A stretch of DNA of 64,000 nucleotides. It comes from Camelus ferus (lineage: Eukaryota). A program made the position numbers and the translations under genes. Positions within the stretch are counted from its first letter, which is position 1. Every line of letters starts with the position of its first letter. The stretch is taken from the NCBI RefSeq assembly GCF_009834535.1, contig NC_045697.1, forward strand, positions 115,570,001 to 115,634,000, given 5' to 3'. Shown one piece after another: positions 26,001-39,211 of the stretch. The notes below the pieces were generated by a model that had not been told where the DNA came from, made no database searches, and saw only the letters and a list, made by a program, of their open reading frames with translations.

Positions 26001-26929
26001 GGGGATAGTTGTCTTTACCTCCCTCGTTGCAGGGCATTTCCCAATATGTTTTAACTTTTGGTTTCATTTAATCATCTTCTTTGGGGAAAAGAATCATGCC
26101 TATACCTGACAATAGTGCTGACTGTCTTATCCTCAGTTTCCGGACTTAGCACCTAGCTACCGCTCAAGAAACTTTTGGGGGAAGGAGTGAGCAATGAGAG
26201 GGGCACCTGGGAGAAGTCAGGGATGGCATCACCCATGGTGGGGTATCTAAGCCAAGAACCCCCAGGAGTCTCTTGGGAGTTTCCTAGTTCCCTGATGTGA
26301 CAGTGATGTCATAAGGTCCCGACAGGCTTTTCATGTAATACTCCTTCTCTCCCAAGACGCAACAAGTTAATAATAATAGTCGTCGTCATCATCATCATCA
26401 TCATCATCTAGACCTCATTTACTGAGGTCCCACTACGTACTGGCAGTCTGGTCTGGGACAGTCATTTGACCCAAGTTCCAGATTTCATCCATTAAGAGAG
26501 ATGCACTAGTGCCCTCTGATAGGACTGTTGTGAGGAATAGAATACTTTCCCTCTTGCATCTGCATTATCAGTTATTAGCACCCCATCATTCAAGCAGGAG
26601 ACATGGAGCCATCTTGTGCTTGTTTTTCATCCTTTTTGTAATTAGTCAACATGCCTTGCATGTGTTTTTCTGGTACGTATTTCCCAAGTCTGTTTCTACG
26701 CAGGGCCTCATCACCTTTCACCCAAGCTGCAGTACCTCTCATATCACAGTCCCTCCAGCTTCGCCTCTCTTATGACCTTTACTCTAATTACTACCTGAGA
26801 AATCTACCAAATGTGATACTTCCATGCTTGAAACCCTTCAATAAATAACTCTCTGGTCTACCAAATCAAGTCTGTGCTTCCTACCCTGGTGTATTATCTA
26901 TTTATATTGACTTCTATCTAATTCCATTT

Positions 26930-27540
26930 AGATAAGGAAGCAGACTTTGTATAATTTCAAACCTTTGAAATTTATTGAACTTGTTTTATGGTCTGGAGTA
27001 TTGTTTATTTTGGTGAATAGCCTATGAGCATTTCAAAAGGATGTGTCTTCTGCTGTTGTGTGAATTGTTCCATAAATGGAAATGAGGTCAAGTTGATTGA
27101 TAGTGTTTTACAAGTCTCTGTATACTCACTGGTTTTCTTTCTACTTGTTTCTTCAATTACAGAGAAAGGAATGTTGAAATCTCCAAGAATAAATGCTAAG
27201 CTATCTACTTCTACTTTCAGTCCTATTTATATTTACTTCATGTATTTTATAACTCTATCATTGTGAATATATACACTTAGTACCATTATATCCTGTTGAT
27301 AAGTTGATCCCTTTATTATTATTATATGTCTTGTTCTATCCCTGACAACATTATTGTTCTGGAATAGATTTTATCTGATAATAATATAATTGTTATAACT
27401 TCCTTTTGATTCATTTTTACATGGTAAATATTTTTCTATCATTTTTTCTTTTAAAATATCACTGTTTTCAGTTAAAGTGAGATTCATTCAAGCAGTATAT
27501 ATTTGGGCTGTACCATTTAATCCAATATAACAATGCATGT
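26930..27540 (-). mobile_element. Old L1 ORF2 (endonuclease region) fragment
   Basis: gaaatttattgaacttgttttatggtct...gtcaagttgattgatagtgtt...cagagaaaggaatgttgaaatctcca. Confidence 0.75.
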
Positions 27541-27544
27541 CTGT

Positions 27545-30500
27545 TTTAAAAATTCAGCTTTATTGAGGTATAGTCAATATATAAAATTATAAAATATTTG
27601 AAGTGTACATTATGATGATTTGATATATGTGTACATTGTGAAAAAATTCCTCCCATCTAGTTAATTAACACATCCATCACCTCCCATATTAATTTTTGTG
27701 TGTGTATAAGGACATTTAAATTCCACTCTCTTAGCTAATTTCAATTACATGGTGCAGTGTTATCAACCAAGGTCATCAAGTTTTAGATTAGAGACAAACA
27801 TTGTATTTTTCTTATAGCTAAAATTTTGTACCCTTTAACCAATCTCTCTTTACTTTTCCCACCACCCAGTACCTGGTAACCAGTTTTCTACTTTCTGTTT
27901 CTATGACCTTGAATTTTTTTTTTGATTCCACATATGATACCATGCAGTATTCGTCATTCTCTGTCTGGTTTATTTCACTTAGCCTAATGCCCTCCAGGCA
28001 TTAGGTTTATCCATTTTGTTGTAAATGACAGGATTTCTTCCTTTTTATGGCTGAATAAGACTCCTACATATGTATATAGGAATATATATATATATACATA
28101 ATGCAATATATAAAATATGTAATACATAAATAAAATATAATATATATAAATTAAAAAATATACACACCACATTTTCTTTATCCATTCATCTGACAATAAA
28201 TAATTAGGTTTTTTCCACATCTAGTAATTGGTCTATTCATATTTTCTATTTCATCATATTCAGTCTTGGTAAGTTATGTGTTTATAGGTATGTACCTATT
28301 TCTTCTGGATTGTCCAGTTTCTTGGCATATAATTATTCATAGTCTCTCATAGTCTTTTGTACTTCTGTGGTGTTGTAACAACTCATCTTTCATTTCTTGG
28401 TGAGTCTAACTAAACATTTGTCTATTTTGTTTGTCTTTTGAAAAAATAGTTCAACTTTATTGATTTTTACCATCTTTTTAGTCTCTACTTCATTTATTTT
28501 CACTCTCATCTTTGTTATTTCTTTCCTTCTACTAATTTAATGCTTGATTTGTTCTTCTTTATCTAATTCCTTGAGTTGTATAGTTAGGTTGTTTACTGAA
28601 GCTCTTTCTTGTTTTTAATGTAGGTCTTTATTACCATGACTTTTCCTCTTAGAACTGCTTTTGCTTTCTTTATCTTAGATTTAATATGTTGTATTTCTGT
28701 TTTCACTTGTCTCAAGATTTATTCATTTCTCTTTTGATTTCTTTTTTGACCTATTGATTGTTCATAGTGTCTATTAAGTCCATTTTGTCTAATGTGTTAC
28801 TTAATCCCAGTGTTTCCTTGTTGATTTTCTGTTTTGCTTATCAATCTACTGATAGATAAGTGGGTTATTGAAGTCCCTTGCCATTATCGGATTGCTGTTC
28901 ATTTCTCCTTTTAGGTCTGTAATATTTACTTTACATATTTAGGTGCTCTTATGTTGGGTGCACAAATATTGACAAATGTTGTATTTCTTCATTGGATTGA
29001 TTCCTTTATCATTGTATAATGACCTTCTATCTCTCCTATTACAGTCTTGGTCTTAAAGTCTACCTTGTCTGATATAATTGTAGATACTCCTCTTTCTTTC
29101 AGGTTCCACTTACATGAAATACCTTTCTCCATCCCTTCACTTTAACCTGTGTGTGCCCTGAAAGCTGAGGTAAGTCTCTTGTAGGTAGTATATAGTTGGA
29201 TCTTGTTTTTATTGTTTTTTTTTAACCTGTCCAGCCACTCTGTCTTTTGATTGTATAATTTGGTCCATTTACATTTAAAGTAATTATTGGTAGGTATGAA
29301 CTTACTATTGCCATTTTGTTAACAATTTCCTGTCTGTTTTATAATTCCTTTGTTCCCTTCTTCTTCTCTTTCTCTTGTCCTTAGTGATTTTGATAATTTT
29401 CTATAGTGGTATGCTTAGATTTCTTTCTTTTTCTCTTTTATGTATCTGCTGTAAGTTTTTACTTTGTGGTTTCTATGAGGCTTATATAAGAATCTTCTAT
29501 TTATAACAGTCTATTTTAAGTTGATAACAACTTAAGTTTGAATTAATTCTAAAAGTCTACATTTTACACTTCCCCCAACATCTTATGCTTTTGACATCAC
29601 AATTTACATCTTTTTATGTTATGTAGCTGTTAAATTAGTATGTTTTTTATATTTTGTCTTTTAACTTTCATGCTAGATTTATGTGATACATACCACAATG
29701 CCAATATCAGATTATTCTGAATTTAACTATCTATTCACCTTAACTAGTGAGGTTTACAGTTTCATATGTTTTCCTCTTACTGATTATCATCTTTTCATTT
29801 CAGCTTGAAGAAGTCTTTTTAATATTTCTTTTGTAAGGCCAATCTAGTGGTGATGAACTCTTTTAGCTTTTGCTTGTCTAGAAAACTCTCTAACTCTCTT
29901 TTAATTCTGAAGGACAGCGTTGCCAGATAGATCATTCTTTGTTGGCAGATCTTTTCTTTCTACACTTTGAATATATCATGCTATTCCCTTTTGACCTGCA
30001 TAGTTACTGCTGAGAAATCTGCTAAAAGTCTTTTGGGGCTCCCTTATACTAACAACTTGATTTTTTCTTGCTGATTTTAAGATGCTCTCCTTGTCTTTAA
30101 CATTTGACAATTTAATTTTAGTGTGTCTTGGTTTGGATCTCATTGGTCTCATCTCACTTGGAACTGATGGACTTTCTGGATCTGGGTACGTCTTTCTCCA
30201 TTTTAGGGAAGTTTTCAGCCATTATGTCTTTGACTAAGCTTCTGTCATTTTCTCTCTCTTCTTCTTCGGGGATTCATATAATGTGAACATTGGTCCTCTT
30301 GATTGTTTCCCATTGGTATGTCAAGCAGTCTTTAGTCTTTTTCATTCTTTTTCTTTTTGCTCCTCTTATGGATGAATTCCACTGCCATGTCTTTGAGTTC
30401 ACTGAGCTTTTCTCCCATTTTATTTAGTCTCCTGTTTAACCCCTCTATTGAGTTTTTCAATTCAGTTATTTTATTTTTCAGCTCTGAGATTTATGTTTGG

Positions 30501-31030
30501 TACTTTCTTATAATTTTTAATCTTCTGGTTGAAATTTTAACCTTGTTTATGCATTGTTCTCCTGATCTTGGTAAACATCTTTATGACCATAATTTTGAAC
30601 TCTCTATTAGGTAAATCACTTACCTCTGTTTCTTTAAGTCCTGTTTCTGGAGTTTTGTTCTTTTCTTTAGAACATATGCCTCTGTTTCATTTCCATGACT
30701 CTCTGAATTGGTTTGTGTGCATTAGAGAAAACAGCCACCTCTCCCAGTCTTGACAGACTGTTCTCATGTAAGAGGCAAGCCTTACCTCCAGCCCAGTCAA
30801 GCACTTCATTGTTTTGCAAATCTTTGTTATTGTCCAAGCTGCCTTTTTTGTTCTTAATGTCTTCCAGTAGTTGAGGATATGCTAAGACTTATTTCAATGT
30901 TGGTATTTTCTTGTTTGCCCCATTTGTAGGATTCACGCAGCTAATTTCTGGAATTGCTCCATGTGTAGCTATGTACATGGTATGTCCATGAGAGGAGGTG
31001 CATTCAGAGCTCTCTGTCTTGCTATCTTGG
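27545..31030 (-). mobile_element. L1MA-like element (3'UTR, partial ORF2, ORF1) with large internal deletions
   Basis: 3' end cagctttattgaggtatagt...catccatcacctc. ORF 27984-28220 has DEWIKKMW. At ~28225 it jumps straight to upstream ORF2 sequence, so the RT region is missing. ORF1-like sequence at ~29800-30600. Confidence 0.85.
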
Positions 31031-31124
31031 ACTGGCACTTTCCTCTTTCAAAACTCTTTATAGTCTAAGGACTTTATTTGTCTTTCACCATCTGGCTTAT
31101 CTCGCTTAGCATAATGCCCTTATA

Positions 31125-31385
31125 AATGAGCAGTCTCACTTCTGAGCATGTAACCAAAGGATATAAAAATGATATTGAAAAGATATGCATTCTCATGTGT
31201 ATTCCATCATTATTCACAGTAGCTGAGATATGAAAATAATCTAAGTGTCCATTACTGGATGAATGGATTAAGAAATTTTATATATATATGCACAATAGAA
31301 TATTATTCAGCCATGAGAAAAAGATGAAATCCTGCTATTTGCTGCAACAATGTGGATGCATCTTGAAGGCATTATACTAGGCAGT
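31125..31385 (+). mobile_element. L1 ORF2 3' fragment
   Basis: cattattcacagtagctgagatatg...ctaagtgtccattactggatgaatggattaag...gaatattattcagccatgagaaaa...ggcattatac. Confidence 0.8.
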
Positions 31386-33499
31386 GATTCATTAGGTGTA
31401 GCTAGGTCCCTTAATTGTTGCCATGTAATACTTTATTTAACTTTTTAAAATCTCTGTATTTTTTGAGTGCAGGATATGTATTACATATTGTACTAGATTC
31501 TTGACAGTGACAACAATGAAAAAAAACTTCTTTGCCTAAAAATAATAAGGCACATATAGAATAATGACAAAAAGAAAAAAGCTGTCCAGGCAAATTATTT
31601 GCAAAAGCAAGAGAAGAATAACTAGAATTATTGCTAAGAGTATATACATTCCATCCATATTCTGTAGCTTTATAAGTGTACATTTTCAATGATGGATTAT
31701 TCTATTATGACTATTATCAAAAGTAATAGTGTAAAACACACTAATATCTAAAACCAAAATATTTTTCTTTGGCATCACATTTTAGTCAATAATATGTATA
31801 TGAATAAGTATTAACTTTTCACCATATACATTAATGAAAGGAAATAAAATATTAATGCACTCTTTGTAGCATGATTTATTTTATCTGTATTTGGGACCAT
31901 CATCTCTAACTCCCTTATGCTTATAAGAAAAATTCAAATGAATAATAAAATGAAACTCCATTACTATTCTTTTAAGAGTTACAAAATTATTCACTTATAG
32001 CATGAACATTTCTCTCTCCAATAAAGAACTGGAGTTCTAACTTCATTATGGAAATGGAACTTTCTTTTTCCAACTGGCAGGGAAGATACATTATAGGAAA
32101 ACAATGAAGACTGTTTCTGTTCTTGCTGTTGCCATTTGACAGTAATGAGAATGATTATTAAATTGCAAATGTGGTATAAATATTAGATGGGAAATAGTGA
32201 TGTTACCATAATTCAAATTATCTTTCATTATTTTCAGCTCACTAATTTTATATAGTCCTTGCTTGAAATAGCATGCAATCTACAATATACACTAATTGAA
32301 ACTGTGTCAGCAGTTAGCATTCTATTAACTAGTCTAACTTTCAGGGGTTTAATTTTAGCTACCACAATCCTTCTGTATCAGTGCTTTTCCTATGAGTTCT
32401 TAATTGTGTATGCAGTGTGGTTGATGAGTTCTATTATTCTTATTTGGGGACAGCATAGAGCAGACAAAAGAGGAAAATTGTGCTTTTTGATATTTGTTTA
32501 TTTTCTGTTAGCAATATTTGACCTCATTGCGTTAGTCTGCAGTGAGTTGATGCTAATGATGAGAAGTTATCTTACCACAATTTAAAATTTAATTATTTGA
32601 CTTTCTTGATAACTATTTAATTCTCAGTGTCCCTGAATTTACTATAAATCTCAATATAAGGTTAGGCTAAGCTTGCCTTCCAAAAATCTCTGCTTTTCTT
32701 GCTTTCTTTTCTGTATTTGCTTTAAGAATGAAAATTAAATGCCGATCAATTTAATGTTATTCAGTGAGATACCCAGTTACCTAACTAACAAATCAAAGAC
32801 AAAAATACTTTTAAGATCACTCAAAACAGATGTGTTTCTTTGGGAAAACATCCTTTCCCAGAGCTTTTTTTTTTTAACTTGTACCAAGAAATAGCTCATT
32901 TATTTAAAATGTAAATCACAATATTGATAAAGTTTGCTCTAGCATGTCACACTACAAAGTAAAAAACAAAAAAGAATGCCTATACAAAATAATAGCATGC
33001 GTTATTTTCCAATCTTCACAAAGTGTGAGAGAGTCCAGCCTATTCCGTAATCAAAATGTCAGCCCTTTTCAAATGATTAACAAATCCAACCTCTGGTCAG
33101 GACATATTTTAGGATTCACAAATTAATAATTTCATTATTCTGCATCTGACCAATGTTACCTGTGATTATACCAAGACCCAATTTCTAGTTATTATGCCCC
33201 CTTATTCTTACCCCATGCCTCCATCCTTACAGATATTAACTCAACAGGTATTATTTAGATTGTTGCTTTTTTCCAATCAGATCTTTAGTTTATTTTCTAA
33301 GTCTGTTCTTCCTTCTGTTGATCAAATCACTCATTCTTTTTGTTCCTTTTATTTTACATGTTCATAACAGTTTTTTAATTGGATAACTCCCATTTTATGG
33401 AAAATAACCCACAGAGTACAATTGAAGAAGTCAGTTGTCCCTCTGGGAAGTTCCTTTAAGTAACCAAAGGTAGCTTCATTTTGAAGAGATCTTTATGGT

Positions 33500-36250
33500 C
33501 ATTGTAAGTTACATGATCTACTGGAGTCATTTCTTTAGTCACCTGAATGTCTCTTATGATCACTCCTAATATGCAGGTTACTGTATTTTGGAGAGGAAGG
33601 CAAGTTAATACCTGACTCCCAGATAGCAAGTATATCCCAGGGTTGTACATGTTGCCCTTGGAAAGAAGCTACTGTTAAATTCTTGGGACCCCTCAAGAAA
33701 GGTCTATAGCAGTCACTGAATTCAGGTTGAAATTGCTTCCAAGGTAGCCTTAGGGTTCCTAGTTCAGTTATGTAATCAATTCTAGTTTTTGTGTTTGGAG
33801 GGACTGTTTGAGGGAAGGGAGTGGGGAAGACATCCAAAAGTGTTAATGAATGTTTACATGGAAGGTGGAGGAATGTCATCATCAATTGTTCCTAGTAGAC
33901 TTCTTGGTAAGGTTAATGGGAATAGTCAGAACAGTCTGATTGGGGTAAGAAAGGGATTTGACAGACTCAACAGTGAGTTAAATTTATAGTGCTTGCAACA
34001 GTTGAAGAAAACTGCGCCAAGGTATTTTCCTTCATAAGGAAGGACTCCAGGGGTGATTCTGGAAGAGACTGTTAAGGTCATTCTTTCCTCACCTGTACTT
34101 TTGAGCATCTGAGATATTTTCTCCCCAGACACCAACATCATTATTATCTCTCCACTGTGCCAAAATTCACGTGTGCTCTTCTGGTAGTTATAAACTCAAC
34201 TTTTCCCCTAATCATTTCTTACTCAAACCCAGATTTTTCATTAGATATCAGTTTTAAGGAAGATGATCATGGTTAGAAAGCATACAGAAACCCATTATGT
34301 CCCTCACTTTGGCTCATATGTTCCACTACAGAAGGAACTGGCAAGTAATATATTCAACCAAATGGTCAGTACATATGTGACCATATGATATGTGACTATG
34401 CCAATCTAACAAGAGAATCTTTGTGGCTGAATAAGAATCCAGCTTGAATTCATTAGATTCTCTTGTGACCAGGCTTCAACCCAGAGAGTGTACCAACCAG
34501 ACTACCTTAGGGCTGCTGGTAGGGGAATAAAAGCAGGACCATACCCAGGAATGGTTACAACGAATTCCCCAACTCTCAGAATAGGTCTATATAAAACCAT
34601 TTTGATAATTGCTAGGAAGTAGCTGAGAGGAGGTAATTTCTTTCTGAGAATAGTCACATTGAGTGACCAAATGGCCTTATTAAGAAGGAAGTAGAGTTAG
34701 AAATCTTTTAAAGTCAATTTTTAAGGAGGCTATTCCAATAATTAACAGTATCAGATGATAAAGAGTATTCAAAGTCCATTGAATACTTTGGTATCCTTTT
34801 CCAGATTGCAAATGGTCCAGAAATCTGAAAACATGACACAGATTAGTTTTAAGGGCCATAGTGGTGTGAGAGTCAGCTGGATCAGACTAGAAGCACTGTA
34901 AGCTAAAAAATAACCATCAAAACAGTGCAGAGGAACCACGGATAACCAAGAGGGAAGTCAAAGATCCATGTAGTCAAACTGTCAAAAATGGGTAGAAGCC
35001 CTGCCCTGTGCCATATGGCCTCCTTCAATTAGAGACAAACAGGTCAATTTTGGCAGGAGTCACAGGTATGCATCCAATGGTAGCCTCTGCATCAGATGTA
35101 CTGCCATGCCCAGCATGGCTCTAAGCAGCATCAATGGCAATCTGGCTGGTGCAGGCTCAATCAGCAAGTTGACTTCAGGCAGTTTCATGAGGAAACTACT
35201 CTTACCATGGGCATTTGCATGAGTATTCCAGTTAGTCAGCAATCATCATGCACTTCCTCACTACATGGCCCCCAAATGGGTGTCTTTTATTTACTAGTCT
35301 GCAGTTTTCCAAAAGCAGACCAGACAGCAAGGGTCACGAAAAATATAGCAACGTTTGATTAAGGGGAACATTAGCCAGAACTATGAGAATAACTCTCACT
35401 ACCACCCGCTAAGTGGATTAACCATGACCATTTTTGATTTTGCAGTTGGTACTACTGTTGAATACCGCCCAATCCAAAGGACACCATCAACTTCCAGCTT
35501 AGCTAAGCCATCGGGGAGTCAGGCCTGGACGTTCAGCGGAACCTCTGTGAGTCTGAGACAGTAGAAAGCAAAGTGGGGGATAAAGGTTCCCCTGAAGGGC
35601 TAGCTGCCACTTTTTATGTAAAGCTGAGATCTGTCCAGGGCCAGGCCAGTTGAATTCTGGAATATCTCATTGCCATTTGACAAGCAAAGCTTTTTAGACT
35701 CCTCCCACCTTGTTAGTAATTGAGTCGACCTTCAAAAATTGTATTATCAGATCAGAGTTATAAGGTTTTCATGGATCAGGCATTCAGTTTTAATAAGAGC
35801 CTAGAAGCAAGATAATAGCCAAGCTCTGTCAGAGAGGCAACAAGTCCAAAACTCCAAGAGGCGTCTCTAGATGAAGGTGCCTTTCCTTTGCCAACCTCCA
35901 ACTAGAAAAATAGAATTTTCAGTTAGAAAACTCATCAGTCTCAGAAACTTGCCGCTCAAAGTAATGATTCGAGCTGTCGAGCCCCAAGGGTACATCCAGG
36001 CTTTTCCCACTTGAAAGAATCCCCTTTGGCACTTATGGGACAGGGAAATACAAGCATGCAACCCTTCATATCCTACTGTATATTCCTATGTAGGCCCAAT
36101 AACAGTATCCTGAATCAACCCAAAGAAGTCGACTCACAAATTCACATCACCTTCCAGCCTCACTTTTCCCCCTTTCCTTCCTGCCCAAATCCCATCAGTT
36201 GAACCTAGGCACTCCTTCCTTTCATTGAACTGGAGAGGACAGTGACTTGA
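33500..36250 (-). mobile_element. Decayed class III (ERV-L/ERV-S-like) endogenous retrovirus interior: pro, partial pol (RT core missing), RNase H, integrase, env-like remnant
   Basis: Minus-strand conceptual translations with stops and frameshifts: protease-like QVTVL...VQLMGFG...GPT*EYTVG (~36250-36070); RRLLEFWT and LLSCF*ALIKTE (~35865-35780); RNase H QA*LPDGLAKL (~35525); WNTHANAHGK (~35230); integrase *QFDYM (~34983) and LKTNLCHVF; env-like NLTHC*VC (~33985-33961). No LTRs seen. Confidence 0.8.
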
Positions 36251-37029
36251 TTGTTAATGTTCTGTATAATAGAGGAATAAAAGTTGGAATACCCACCCAT
36301 CCCTGAAATGCCCTAGTATACTCAAAGAAGTGCAGATGGCCTTCATCTTCCCTTGGAGCGAGGGAGACTTCCGGTGGTTAAAGGTGATTAATTAAGGGTG
36401 GTCAACCACCCTTAATCATCTTTCTCCTAGCAGCTGATGTCACATTAGAGGGATGACTTGGAGGTGAGAAATGGAAAGAGCATTTTTGAGAACACTTTCC
36501 AACTGCCTGAGTATAAAGGGGAGAGAGACAGTTGAGGCAACTGGATAAGTATGGTGCCAAAATGTGTTTATTTGTTTAAGATGGAAAGAACATTAATATG
36601 TGTAGAAGATAATGCAAAGATATTTAGCAGTATAAGATTTATTCCACTATTGTATAATGGTACACTGGGGATTCTGGCATAGAGTAGGTTCTAGATTTAA
36701 AGAACAAATAAATAAATAACAAATAAGTAAATCATCTCACATGCATTATCTATTATATAATATGAAAAAAAATATGTAGTTCCCTAGAATTCGATTTGTA
36801 CTTTTACTTATTTTAAAATAGAAAGCTGCAACATGATTTTGACTAACTTAGCAGCTGCTTTAAAGCACCCAAATTTTAGCATGAATTTACATCTAGATAT
36901 TCCTTCACTAGAGCAACAGATTAAAAAATAAAGTAAAAGGCCTGGACAGCATGAAAACCCACTTAGATGATCTACAGATAGTTCATGAAAGTTCTTAAAT
37001 AAATTTCTTCCCTAACCAAACCCCTGCCA

Positions 37030-37115
37030 AAAAAGAGAGAGAGAGAGAGAGAGGAATAATGGAAGGAAGGAATGAAGGAGGAAGGAAAAGAAGGGAGGGA
37101 AGAAAGAGAAAAAAG
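37030..37115. repeat. (GA)n / (GGAA)n purine-rich simple repeat
   Basis: gagagagagagagagagagg...ggaaggaaggaatgaaggaggaagg. Confidence 0.9.
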
Positions 37116-39211
37116 GAACAAAATAAGTTTATAAAAATTTCTTTAACCTGAAACATCCCCATCTGCAATCATTGCATTTATGCATATCAACTCCAAAAGA
37201 TAAACAAATTGAGTGAAGATTAAAATATGAGAACTATGGATTGATTGATGGGTTAATCTATTTGTGCTTGACTTAAGAGTAGGAGAAAAACATGGATATA
37301 AAAGAAAAGTCCTCTCATTCCTTCTCCCACCTTGGCAAAACTGGTGTGACAGAAGAGAAAAAAGAAAGACTTGTGGGCATGGCATGAATTTTGGCTTTAT
37401 GAATATAGGTCGATTAGCTTATAGATATTATGTCAGAAATAGCTGTGTAGGTGTATTCAAGGGAACTGAACTATGTTCACATAAAAAGAAATGGGGAATG
37501 GTGTTTTTCTAAATGTGAAGCCATGCAGAACCTTGCTCTGCAATATCAGGAAATCTGCAAGGGGAGCGCTGAGATCAATGCCATTATCCAGAAGGCATTA
37601 CTGAAATAGATTTTAAATCCTTTGATGTAATTGCTTGCTGAGTTTGCCATTACAGCAGCTCTATCCTTTTGACTGATTGAGAGCCTTTAACAGCTCAAAA
37701 TTTTACTGAGACTGCCAACACATTCATGTTGGAATCAGAAAGTTAGACAGATGTTTGATGTTTAATTTAACTAATATGGCGCACCATGAGTCAACAGAAC
37801 ACATTTTGTGTTAATGCCAAGAAAAAAAAAAAAGCTGAGAGACAGAAATGCATGCAGAGTTAATCTTTCTGTATCAGCAAGATTGGTTCTTAGACTTATT
37901 AACATGAATTCTGATTTTAAAACCCTGTGGCATTTTTCCTGCCCCTAGAGAAGAGCCGTTCCTTGATCCCGCCAGAGCATTTAGAACCAGATCTCAATGA
38001 ATGAATTAACAATGCACAAAATCACCAGGTGAGGTGTAAGGGGCAGTGACGTGAGTTGTTTCTGTTTTTTCCTTCTCTTACAGACAGTCCCTATTCTCCA
38101 TGGTTCTTTGAATAATTTTTATTCTTTATGACACACCTTTCTTTTTCCACCACTATCTAAGACAAATAGACAACAATGCACCACATTCACTTGTCTTCAG
38201 ATTTACACTCCTCCTGAAGAAAGACAGATTTGACCAAAAGCAAAGAATTTTATTCATGATATTTCAGCATTGGTTGTGTCTAATATAAAAAATACATATA
38301 TTTAACACCACCTAATAATGTGTATATATATATATATAAAATATATATTATACATAATAGTGTGCATATATATATATATATAAAATAATGCCTATTTCAT
38401 ATACTTCTCAAAAAACATAGTGACTATACATTCTGTTCAAGATACAGTGGCTAACACTATTAGCTTCTCCAATTAATATCATTTCCATAATATCATTTTG
38501 AGGGAAAAAGCTGGAGATTATTTTTTCAAAGTGGTTTCACTAAAACATCTATTTTAATGTCTTTGGCCTCTTTGTCTTAAGTTTAATAGTTAATAGTAAT
38601 AATAGAACAGTGGTTATAGTGGTGCTGATGGTAGTTGTGGTTAAATAATTAGAAGAAGAAGAAATTTGGAACCATGATAATGACAAACATATAACAGAGT
38701 CTTGTACTATCACTTTCTGTGTCCTTTTACTAATATTATGTTTTTACTTCCATGACATACGTAGAGGAATTATCACTATTTGCATTTGTAATATAAGGAA
38801 AATGAGGCCTAGAAAATGGTGGTGACATTTTTAAACACCATTTGACTAGAAAGTTATTTAAATCAGGGTCATCTGACTCCAAATCCAGTCATATGCATGC
38901 TAGAGTTATGAGTTTTCACTGATCAGAAATAATAATTAACCGTTCCTAATGACATGCTGATTTTATCAAGAGCATTTTCATACCAGTATCAACAAGCTGG
39001 TTGTACTAGTTTAAACTTATCCGTTTACTTTTTTTAGCTTTATTTCCCATTCTTAGGATTCAACATGTTTAGATTAGCTGGTGTACACACTCATTCATTC
39101 ATTCAAACCTGTAAGTAAAGCACATAATACTTGAGACTAAATTAATAAGGTTTCTTCCTTATTCGTGTAAGTAACCCTGACTCATTCTTCCCATCTCAGT
39201 CTACTTCCTGT

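Noticed and set aside
32085..32147. cag|...ATGAAGACTGTTTCTGTTCTTGCTGTTGCC...gtaatg, resembling a signal-peptide exon of a secreted (SCPP-like) gene
   Set aside because: Frame closes with TGA after 11 codons, too short for a signal peptide, and no downstream exons found.
38029..38083. gtgagg...ttctcttacag mini-intron
   Set aside because: About 55 nt is below the usual mammalian minimum intron size, and the flanks have no convincing frame.
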